Of a DNA stretch of 64,000 nucleotides, positions 28,201 through 40,581 are shown piece by piece. The stretch comes from Chrysomallon squamiferum (taxonomy: Eukaryota; Animalia; Mollusca). Below the pieces are notes generated by a model, which worked only from the letters and a program-made list of their open reading frames with translations, made no database searches and was not told where the DNA came from. The stretch spans positions 4,898,001-4,962,000 of the forward strand of contig CM022673.1 in NCBI GenBank assembly GCA_012295275.1. Reading direction: 5' to 3'. The translations under genes and the position numbers were made by a program. The first letter of the stretch is position 1, and each line of letters begins with the position of its first letter.

Positions 28201-31200
28201 ATTTTTTATTCAAAAATAAATTAATTACTTTTAACTTTAAAGTATTGCTTCTTAAAATTTATTCACTAACTGTATATTCTTAGATATTATTTATTTAATT
28301 TCTAGAAAATCAAAAATTTAGGAAATTATGACAGTTTAATTAATTTACAATTACTCAAAATAATTATAAGGATAAAAAAAGAACTCCATAAATTCTAACT
28401 CTCTCACATCCTTTCATATTATTTATTTAATTTCTAGAAAATACTTAGCTGTATTTAAATACTTAGCTGTATATTCTCTCATATTATTTATTTAATATCT
28501 AGAAAATACAGGATCTAAGAAATGAGCTGACTACAGAACACACAGAACACATCCGCAACATCCAACATCAGCACACAGAAGACCTCGAGGCTCAGCTGAC
28601 ATCACTGCAGTTGAAACATGACACAGAACTGCAGCACCTACAACATCAGCATCAGCTAAAGGTGGAACAGGCACTGGCCTTACAGAAACAAGAATTAGAG
28701 AAACAACACAAGACTGAGATCAACAGTATGTTGATTGAACATCAGAGGGAAATTGATAGGCTGAGAAGTGACTATGTTGGTAGGTGTTTCACTGCACGTT
28801 TTTCCTGTAGTATGCAGTTTCATGGGAGATGTTTTATCACTAGATGATAAATGATTGTTTTATTCATACTTTTTAATGATTGTCTACATTTTGATAAAAA
28901 TTATAGGAGAAAAAAGTATTTGAATTAATATGACATAATTGAATTTATTAGTTTTTAAAATAAGATGAAAATTGTCTTCAAATATAATTGCTACTTACCT
29001 GTTAAAAAAAGAAAAAAAGAAAAGAAAGAAAGAAATGAAAAAATGAGAAAAGAAAAGAAGGAAGTGAAAAAGTAAAAGATAAAATAATGATTTTTAGAAA
29101 GTTGATTTCTTATTTCACCTGAAAATTCTTTAAAGATTTAGTCATTCACTTATTTATTATAATTATTGTTTCTTCTTCTTCTTTTTCTTATTATTTTTAT
29201 TACTATATTTTTATTATTATTATTATTATTATAATTTTATTGTTTAAAAAGCAAAACATGATATTGATGATATTGTTGCAGTTCACGATGATGCTTCTGT
29301 TGTTGAACGTTGTGACCGACTGCGCACTGAGGTATCGTCTACAGAACTGCTGGATGGACGACTTCAGAACAGACTGTCTGGATCTGTGTTTGAAGTGATT
29401 GGACAGAACGAATCTGATGTCAGTCTGACAGAGTCAAGCAGCATGGAGTTTTTGCCAGATGATAGCATCTCCACTAAACTCCAGGTAGGAGTTTTAACAT
29501 CTTATTTGCTTGACTGTCAGGTAACTTCTAGACACAACAAAACAATGAATTTAATGTCTTAACCAGAACTTGAAAATATATTTTCAAACTAATGTCCCAG
29601 GAAATTAAAAAAACAAAAAAATAGTATTGACCTACAGAATGTAAAGGTGTTTAGGATTTGAAAACAGTTGATGATGTCTTGGTTAATTATAAATTAATTT
29701 AAAAAAAATTATAATTTGAAGCACTTTTGGATGCTGTAAAGAACAATAAATAGAAATATTTTGCAGATTACATTTTTTATTGTAGGTTAAAAGTATTAAA
29801 TATTTTTCAGAAACCATATATTTATCTTACTAATGTTTCTAATGAACAAATTTGTTTTCTTCTATCAGGCTATAATGACAAAAGTTCACAAGCATGGCCT
29901 CAGTATACTGACATTGTCTGAGATGCAGTATCTCCAGCGTCACATGTCACAGGAAGAGATTGGTGCTGACATCGATATGCAGGCTCTCATTGAAACCTGG
30001 GAACGAGAGAGACAGACTTTTGTGTCCACCATTAACACACTGAAAGAACTGCTGTCCAAAGTGAAAGCTTCTGAGCGGGTAAGTTGTATGCAAGGTCTAG
30101 AAATGTATGGAAACAAGAAAAGAAAACAAATGTTAATAAAAACTTTTGCTCTATTTTACATTGGATAAAAGAATTTTTGGTGTGTCATTTTGTAGCTGTG
30201 ATAATAATAATCTACAAAGCAACATGGTTATTTTTCATACTAGTATTTTTGTACTTTTCAGTTTTTCTTTTATGCTGAACTTTATTATTATTTGTATTAT
30301 TATTTTTGTTTTATTATTATTATTTTTTTTTTTTTGTATGTGTTGTTTTTGGGGGGACTTAAAACATATTTTTGGTGGAAAGTTGTCTCTTTGAATAGCA
30401 CCCCCCGACAACTTGACTTGGTATAAAAATGATTATGAAATATTATTTTCATCAGACATAAGACATTTTGAAATACTACTTCTAAAACTAATTTTTTAAA
30501 TAGTCTGCTATTACTATCTTCTATTTAAAACTCATTAAATATTTGGCAGTAATATTTTACCTAAAAAAAAAAAAATATATATATATATTTTTATTATTAT
30601 TTACAAATAATTTTGTACAAATATTTGGAAGTAATAATTTTGTTAAATAAAAGAGTTGATAAACAATTTTTGAATTGTTTTTCTATTGTTTAACAGCTGA
30701 CAGACACAGAAGAGCGAGACTGGAGAGGTGACTTGTTACTCACGCTGTGTAATCTGTTTACTAAAGAACGTGAGATTTTACTGGCAGAACTTCACACATA
30801 CATTGCCTCACATCCTGAGGCTGATAAAAACACTGTTATTGGAAAACTGGAGCGACGTATACAGGATCAGGTAAAGTATTAATAATAAGATTGTTATAAT
30901 GTAATAATCAGTAGCAGATGTTAGAGTATTTGCCTTGTAAATGATAGTTTTTAGGATCTGTCCTTGTCAGGCCTAGTTTTGCTCTGTTTCCTGTTTCAAC
31001 CAGTTCCGGAAGGGCTTTGGGGTATGTTTTTATACATGAAAAATGTTTATAACATGTTTGCAGACTGTGAGAGAAGCTATTAGTTAGATTAGTGATCTTT
31101 TTCTGTACTTGTATGTTGCTTTTTATTTGTTCTTTTTTGTCGTTTTTTTTCAATTTATTATTACAAAAGCAAAAGCAAAATGAAATTCTAAATAATTTTA

Positions 31201-34200
31201 ATTTTTTAAATATTATAAATTTGCTTTTTTAAAAACAATAATAATAAAACATAACCAAATTGTACATACCACAAATACCAGAATTAAAGATAAAACTAAT
31301 ATTATATAATTGAAAATAACTTTGGTTAATTTGTTTTTGTTTTGTTTTTTACAGGAATCATTACACAGATCAGCCATTGATCAAGTTTTAAATGCTGATC
31401 GTCAGTCCCTGTTGTCTGAGATAGAAGAACTGAAGTCTGCTTTAAGTAAAGCTCGACTAGATAAACATGACCAGCAGCAGAAACTTACAGAGCGTTTCTC
31501 ATCAAAAGAAGAGGAAAGTTTGAAAAAGGAAAGACAACTCCAAAGACAAAGTGAGTAGAAAGACATAATCTTCTTCTGTTGTAATAAACCAGTCTGAAAC
31601 TTTTACGCTGTTTTATTGTATGATTTGTGTAGTCTTTGATTAATTTTAATTATTCTTAAGCTAGTTGTTTCTCTCTATTTCCATTGCATGATAAAAATAA
31701 TATGAAAATGTAAAAACTCAGTTCTAAAGTTATATTTATAATAATAATAATATAAAAATGATAAAATAGACCAATCTAAAAGAACAAAATAAAAATAAAC
31801 AGCAACTAAATTTTTTTAAAGAAAAGAAAATGCACTTAACCATAAAACATACTGCTTGATGATTTTTATTAATAACTAGATGTACAAATATTTTTATCCA
31901 TTTTGTTTTTCTTTGTTTTTCTTCTTCTTTAGTACAAGTTTTGGAATTCAAACTCCAGCAGGAAAAAGTAATTGAGGATGATCTTAGGAACAGTTTGGAA
32001 CTGGAAAACAAGAGAGTCAATGACCTTACCAGCCAGCTGACAAGAGAAAAGAACCAACTTCTAGATCTTCAGTCAGAAATTTCATCTCTGCAGATCCAGC
32101 TGTCGAAGGCTCGTGACTCCCTGGAGAGAGAACAGTCTCGATTTATATCAGTGACGTATGTGTTTTACTTTCTAAAAATATTTTATATTAATGTTATCTA
32201 TCATTTTCCTGATGAAAATATTTAAAAGTGTCAGTTCATTTTAATTTTTTATTTTATTTTTAAAGTGTTTAATGGATTTTTTTAACACCTGAATATTTTA
32301 TGTTGTTTATTTTTTTAACTTTATTTTAAGTTAAATGTTTCACTGCCTGTTTGGTTTTGGTTTTTATTCTATTGTAATTTTCATATTTCTGCTTTGATTC
32401 AGAAGTTAATGTTTTCTTTTAGTTTCCACTCCAGTAATACAAATATACTGGTTTTTTATGAGATTGTTTATTTAGGTACTTTCTTTTATGAATTTTTTTT
32501 CTCTCTCTCTCTCTCTTCATTTGAGTTACTGTGATATTCTTTCACTGAAAAGATAGAAGTTGTTCTTCCAGTTTGATTTTTGAAGGGTAGAAAATATTTT
32601 TTCAAATTTCCAGTAATAAAATACCTTATTTGAAGAACCAAAATGCTTCAAGATCTTATTTCAAAATATTAACAGAAATCATATTTTAAGGTTTTATTTA
32701 AAAACAAAAAGTTTTCAACATCTTATTTTCCAATTTTATTTTAAAGGCAAAACATCTTCAAGATAGCACTGTCAAAAACTATTAAAAGCAAGAAGTTTCT
32801 AAAATCATATTTTAAATTTTATTTGAAAGTCTTAAATGTTCCAAAGAGCATTCTAGAATTTTATTTGAAAGTCTTAAATCTTTTGGATAACATTTTCAGA
32901 ACTTTTTTAAATGGGAAAAAGTCTTTCTGGTTTTATTTAAATGCTAAAAGTCTTCAGGATGAAATTTTCTGTATTACATTTTTTTCACGACACTAACAAA
33001 ACTTTCATGGTTACTTTGTTCTCTGACACAGGATGTCTTGGAGTAAGCTTCTGTAAGTTCTTATTCTTTCTATCCATATCCTTGCATGAATCTTGCAACA
33101 CACAAGTCTAAAACAGAGGCCAGCAAATCCTTGTTAATTGCAGCAGAAAATATTGCTACCTGTTCTGTTGTTTTTACCCACACTTGCTGTTTTCCCAGCA
33201 GTGTCTTCCCATTATGTTATAAATTTGTATTTTCTTCTTTGTGAATAACTGATGTTTTACTTGTTTGGTTTTCAGTTTTTGAATTTTATCTAGAATATAA
33301 TGCATTTGTAAACAAATAATAAAATAGTGTTTTTTTTTTTTTTTTTTTTTAAAGGCATGGTCTTTTTGGATTTAAAAACAATATATAACTATATATATAT
33401 ATAAAACTGAGAAAATGAATTTATTTTTTTTATTATTTATTTATCATTATCATTATTATTATTTTCTTTTTCGTTTCTTTTTTCCTGTCATTACATAAGA
33501 TTTAAAACTGCATGGAGTTTTCAGGTTAACAAAACGTAATACTCTAATACCGTTGTTAACGAAACATATAATTATTTAATTTGCAGAATTGCATGGGCAT
33601 TGCAGAATTAGTAATGTTTTTATTAAAATCCTTGACCTAACATTTAAAATAATTTACACTGCAGTTTATTTTTAATAAAAATAAAAACAAACTCACAAAA
33701 TCCACAGAGAAAGAAAGAAATAGCTGACAACACACAAATAAGAAAATGATAAAATATGTAATAAAACTAAGTATGTTTTCTTTTTGATTTTTTTTAAATT
33801 TATTATTTAAATAAAACAATTTTCAGAAAATCAAATTTGATAGTAATAAAAATAAAATAAAAACCTAGTATCAGTATTTGTTCCTTTGTGTTTTGGACAC
33901 ATGTAAAAATATTACTGCCACAATGTTTTCAAATTAAAAGGTTTTGTGGCATGATGTCATGCAAGTGTTTTTGTTGTTTAAATGTTCTTCTTGGCATTTC
34001 TTGTAAATATCTAAAGAGTTGTTTACTTGTACAACAGTTAAGGTTTAAGAATAAACATCTGCTTATTTATTATTTTATACAATTTTAATGATCAATTTTT
34101 TACATTGGAATTTTAATGCCTTTCTAATTTGTGGTTAATTTTCTTTGAACATTAGATTATACAATCTGCAATTTGAAAATAGTTTTATTTAAATAGTTGT

Positions 34201-34559
34201 CATCATTTTTTTTTTTATAGGTACTTTGTTAATTAATTATTAGCCTATGAAATTACTAAAGTAATATTATTATTTAACCAAAAAGGTCATGAATTTTTTC
34301 CATTAATGTAATTAATTAATTAGTTTATTTATTTTAATATAAATGGTAAAACCAAAGGAAACTTACCTTAATTTAACTTTTTTTTTATTTATTTATTTAT
34401 TTAATTTTTTTTTTTTTTTTTTTTTTTTGCAAGACTTTTCATCTGTATTTTTATTAATATCTGCTCAAGAGACAATTGTAGATAAAGGATAATTACTATT
34501 ATCTAGTTCAAAGCTAAAATAATCAAATTCTTATTAATTGCAGCACACCTACCCAACTG

Positions 34560-34601
<42 letters not shown>

Positions 34602-36226
34602 GCTGATACAGATTTGAGTTAATTAATTTTTTATTTTATTTTATTTTAAAAGGGATGCTTTGGAGGATTCACGGGAGAAGAATGAACATCTTCTAGAGTT
34701 GCTGGATGCTGAGAGGAGGAAAGTTGTCCTGTTGGAATCTCAGGTGGCTGATTTGAAAACACACAACAAAGATTATGTGGAAAAAGAAAGCCGATTTGTT
34801 GAGGTAAGACTCAAAAATTTATCTTGGGTGTGCATATAGAAGGAAGAACTCGGTCCAAAGCAGGGATAATTAAATAAAATAAGAATCATGTTATTAAAGA
34901 AAAACTATAAAAAAACACACAATAATTTGGTCAGTTTTTAAATATGATAGTTACATCTTCTCTCTTTGAAACTAATTAATGCATATAATCAGTCTGATAA
35001 TTAAAATTGAAATTTTAGTTTTTTACTTTTTACTTTTTACCTTTTAGTGGATAAAGTATACCATTATGTGTATGTGCGTTTTTGAGCCTGTAATATAGAT
35101 ACTGATGTATTTTCCATTTCATTTTTCAAATTTTTTTATATTTTGTCTCTTAGTATATTAAATCAGGAATATAATGACATGCTACAGATGTATGAATTAT
35201 TTTTTTTAAAGTTTTACATTATGGTGTCTGTTGTAGGCATTATTATCACTTTTTTTGAATGTATACATTTCTAAGAATTCGGAGATGTTAAAACAAGTTC
35301 TGAACTTTGTTTTTGTGTTTAGCAACTCCGAAATGAGCTGACAAAAGAACAGGAAAGAAGAATTGATTCTGTTCGACATGCAGAGATAGAGAAGGCAGCT
35401 AAAACAACAGCCCAGCAGGAGTTAGAGATTGAGAGACGCAGAGTGAGATCCATTCAGAATGACTACGATGGACTCCTAGCTCAACTCAAGTCATCTCTTG
35501 AATCAGAAAGATTAAAATGTGATGAGCTTAGTGGGTATGTATCCCTTCAACAATTGTTAGAATTTTTTTTTTTTAAATGATTTTTATGTTACAAATATCT
35601 AAATTAAGAGTTGGTGGTTAAAAATACATTTTTAGTGGTCAAATTTAAAAATGAATTAATATGTTCTTTGTATGTTGTAATTGTATGTGATCATGTACAA
35701 CCTAATATACTTAGTATTTTTGTTTTGCATTATAGTACAAAGTCAGAGTACTATATACAGTGATATGTAAAAGCATAACTGGACATTGTGCAATATCTTA
35801 AAACAATCTATTTTTCTTTTTGTCCCCCAAGTAACATAATATATTAAAGTATAAATAAATATTGTGCTACATCTTAAAATAATACATGTTTTTTTTTTTA
35901 TTCTTCAAGTAACTTGGAAAGAGAGCGTCAACACACATCTCAGCTTGAGTCAATGCTGGAAGCAGAGAAATCGGCAAGACAACAAATGAGTCATCAGGAA
36001 CAGTCATCCATAGAGAACTACCTGTCAGAACTGCAGGAACAGAAGACTCTGGTGGAGGACCTGAAACGAGCGCTGACTCGGGAAAAGCAGAACTCCAGTA
36101 GTCTGAGTAACATGCTGGACATGGAGAGGGCCAGTTCCCAACACGATATTGAAGAAGAGAGAAACGTGTCCCGCAGGCTGAAACGAGATATTGATACATT
36201 CCAGGTAAAGTTGAATTTATCACATT

Positions 36227-36266
<40 letters not shown>

Positions 36267-39200
36267 TTGTGAAGACATTGTTAATCTAAACTGTGTTAGC
36301 TTATTCTGTCAGAACAGCTTTTTCTATTTTTTCACATTCCAACCAGGGCTGCATTATCAGTGATTAAAAACTAACTGAATTTTCTTTCTTTGAAAACAGT
36401 TTACATTAAAAAATAAAAACATAAAGAATATATTTAATAAAAATAATAATAATAATAATAATAACAACAGTCATTAATAATAATCTGTAATAAATAATAA
36501 TATTATCATCATTATTATTACATTAGTAGTAATAACTTCAGTTACAGATAAACGACAGCACTAACAGTATTATTAACAACCATAACAGTAATAAATTATT
36601 TTAGGAATACTAAATAAAATCATTACAGATGGAGAAACTTGAGCTGAAGCGTCACCTGGATTTAGAACGGGAGAGAGCGCGAGCTTTCCAGATGCAGTTA
36701 GAAGAGGTACAACACGACATGAAGACAATCAAACAGCGAGAGAATGAATACCAGAAACAAACAGTGTCTGAACTGAAACAAGAAAAACGAAGACAGAGAG
36801 AACTAGAGAGAGAGAAAGAAGAGTTAAACATTCAGCTGGTAATTTTTAATTTTTCCTGAAATATATTTTAAGTATTGACAGAAGGTATACTTCATAATAT
36901 TTCCATTAATTTTAATGTCTTTTTTTTTAAGGTTATAATTACTTTTTAATATAATTTTTTGAATTCTAATAATAACAATAACAATAATAATATTAATATG
37001 AAGATAAAATATTAAGATCTTACTTTCATAAAAAGAAAAATGTTTTTTTTATTTTTAACTATTTTTTAATTAAAAACTTTTATCTCTAATAATAATTACA
37101 AAAATAATTTTGAAAACAAAACATTAAGCACTTAGTATCATAAAAATAATTTTTTTAATGTTTTTTATATAAATTTCTTAACACTAATGAAAATAATAAC
37201 GAAGTTAATTGAGAAGATAAAACATTAAGCACTTAATTTTATAATAAAACAAAAAGTTTTTATATTTTTTAAAGTAGTCATATCATTACATCTGAAACAG
37301 ATGTTTCCCCTTGAATTGCCAATCATTTTAAGATTTAATATTTATGACTTGTAGCATGAGATAGAGCTGGAGGGTGAGCGACTGAAGGAGAAACTGAGGG
37401 ACACAGAGATGGAGGTAGATCAGTCAAGAGATCGCGAGCAACAGGCTCGTATTGAACTGGAAAGATTAAGACACGAATTTGAAAGAAGTCGATTTCAGAA
37501 ATCACCAAAAACTCCCATTGTCGCTGAAAGGGTGAGTAAAATAAAAAATATCTCATGTCAAAACCAGTGAAGTGTTGTTTTTAGCTTTTTAGAATTAAAA
37601 ATTATTATTAATATCTTCCTTGATATATTTGCTTTAATAACAGTCACTAGCAATATATTTTTTGTTGACTTTTTAATAATTCTGTATTGATAAATATACC
37701 TGCATTTATTGGTATTATTAGATATTAAAAAAAAAAATAATAATTTCTTTTATGAAACTGACAGCATGTTGTAAACTGTTATTTAATAAAATGATATAAA
37801 TTTTAGTACAATTTCACTAATTTCAATATGCAGACTTTGAAAAGCAAGAGTCGTTTCAGTCAACTTTAAATCAATTTTAATCAATTTGATTAAAGGTATC
37901 TCATCATCAGAGATGAGAGATTTTTCATCCACCTTTCAGTAACATTTCACTATTTTTTTGTTTTGTATATATACAGGCAACATCACCGCCAGAAAGCAGA
38001 GAATTTTCTTTCAGCTCTCCAAGTGTGAGTTTTGAGCTTCTGAAAATTCTGCAGCAGAGATTGGAATACCTCGCTCTCCGACTGCAGGAAGAAGTCAATG
38101 CTTCTCCACAGATACAAGAAGACTTGGCCACCATTCTGTCTCAGATCAACAGTCTACAACACAGTCACACAGACCAGGTACAAACTCTTTTTATAACATG
38201 CTAGATTTAGTAAAACAGTTGATTTCAAAGATAATTGCATAATACTTGAGATTTGGAGGGTTATGGGAGATTTTATTTCTTTGAGAATTAAAATATTTTA
38301 CTTTATTTTTTATTGGTTTTTATTATTAAAAAAAAATTATTCATTTCTTTGTGTGTGTTTTTTGGTGATTTCTGATTCAGTTTGTTGATATATTTCTTTT
38401 TAATTGTTCTTTTCTTTTTTCTTTCTATCTTTATTTCTTCATTTATTTTATTTTATCCTGTATCTATTACTGTTACATTTTAAATACAACCAAGGCTACG
38501 TTTTAGTTCTGTTTTAGATATCATTCCACCAGCAGTTTGATTTCATCCATTATTTTCTGACTTACATCACTTCTTTATCTTCTGGATATTATAAATATCT
38601 TTTATTAATTTCCTAGATTGATGGAGTCAGTGACTCAGTCATAGAAAACACTCTGGAACACAATAACCAGCTGACCACCTTCCTGTCACAGGTGTGCAAG
38701 GAGAAGGAGCAGTTACGAGCAAACCTGAAACAATTAGAGGATGAGCTGGTACACTATCGCAGAAGAGAGCGACACGAACAGGTTTGCATGGAAAAAAATA
38801 ATTTTTTAAAAATTAGTTTAATTTAGATTACTTGTAGAGTGCTACTTGGAATGCTGCAGGTCACAAGGATCAGTTGTCCTTAATAATATTCTCATTTTGA
38901 AAATTCACTGTGTGGTTAGTAATTGTACATCAAAGATCATGTTACCTGGCAGTCAGTAATAGTTTCTCACAGACCCTGAAGAAATAAATTTTCTCTTATT
39001 GTTAACACAGCATTACAGCTAATAAATATTTGTCCAAAAATGTGTTTAGGTATCAGTAAGCAAGTATTTATAGACTTACTTTATTGTTGATGGTTGTTAT
39101 TTAATGATAATGAAGGTAGGTGATATGTTAGTTTTATTTTGCGTATTTTATTATTAATTTAGCTTTAGAAAAATATTTTTAAAATATACATTTCATATCA

Positions 39201-40549
39201 GCACCGTGACAGCTAAATACTTTTTGGACAGTTTATAGATACAGTTTTTCCCTTTACCTGTAGATTAATCAAGAGAATGGAGGTTTGTCTGAAGACAGGT
39301 ACATGCACGAACGTGTGATGTGGGCCAATGAGAGATTGTCTCTTCAGATGAATTTAGACACGGCAGAGAGAGAGATAGAACACCTGCAGAGAGAGCTTCG
39401 CGTGTTGCGTAATGAACAGAATGCTGTTCACATTGTAGACACTGATAGGGAGAAAGGTAAGTGCAATTTCTATTTTTCAAGTTATCCTTAAAAATGGGTG
39501 ACATTTTGAAAATAAGAAAACAAAATCATGTTTAAAAAGAAATAAAATAAAAGTTTCGTTACTTTTCAAATCCTAGTAATCATGAAGAAGCTGCCTAAGA
39601 AATGAAATAAAGATAAAATAAAAACACTATATCCGATACGTAATAATTATGAATATTAAAATAAAATGTAGATTGTAGTTTTTTTTTTTCTTTCATTTCC
39701 AGATGCAGCGACTGTATGGCAGACTTCTGAGATCAGAAAGTTTCAGAAAAGCTCTCATCTACCAGAAACGTTACCTGCTGCTGCTGCTGGGTGGCTACCA
39801 GGACTGTGAGCAGGAGACGCTGATGCTGATAGCACAGATTGGTGGTTACCCTTCAGATGTCGATGTCAATCGCCGCCGCCGTCATCCACGAATGTTCATG
39901 ATTTTCAGAAGTGCTGCTCGGGTCATCATTGCCATCTGCAGGTATTGAAATATAATAGTACTTTAGTTTATGGAGAAATCTTTCGAGTAAGTACACTGAC
40001 CACAGTGAAACAGTTTAACCAGTACTGAATGTTAGACAGTATTTGATGTTTTCTATTTTAATAACCATTATATTTATAAAAAAAGAAAGAAAAAAAAAAT
40101 CATAAATAAGAAAATAATATCTTCTGTACTAGGATGCGATACATGGTTAGAAAATGGCGACGTGCTACTAGAGTTGGATCTCCTGTTGTTGGAGGCAGAA
40201 TTAACCAGCAGTACGGTATGTACATACATAACACTATAAAGACCATATAAAGTAATATTTTATGATTTATTTTTTAATAGCTTTTTGTTTTACAGTTTGT
40301 AGAAACACATTTTTGTTTTTTCACTAATGAAGGGTGTTGGATATAGATATTATTGTTTCAGTAATAGTATTAGTGATATAATATTTTAAAGATAATTGTA
40401 TTTTGAGCTTTAATAACATCTGCTATTACTTTAATTTATTACTTTAGTCATTTTCTAATTAAGATACAACTACATATAAACTGCACATAACATTAATCTC
40501 TTCCAGCATTAATTGGTTAATATAAGCTTTCAAAATAATAATTAATTTA

Positions 40550-40581
<32 letters not shown>

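Noticed and set aside
38820-39075. Possible intronic ncRNA
   Set aside because: Looks like a heavily decayed SINE copy; no snoRNA boxes or stable structure I can support
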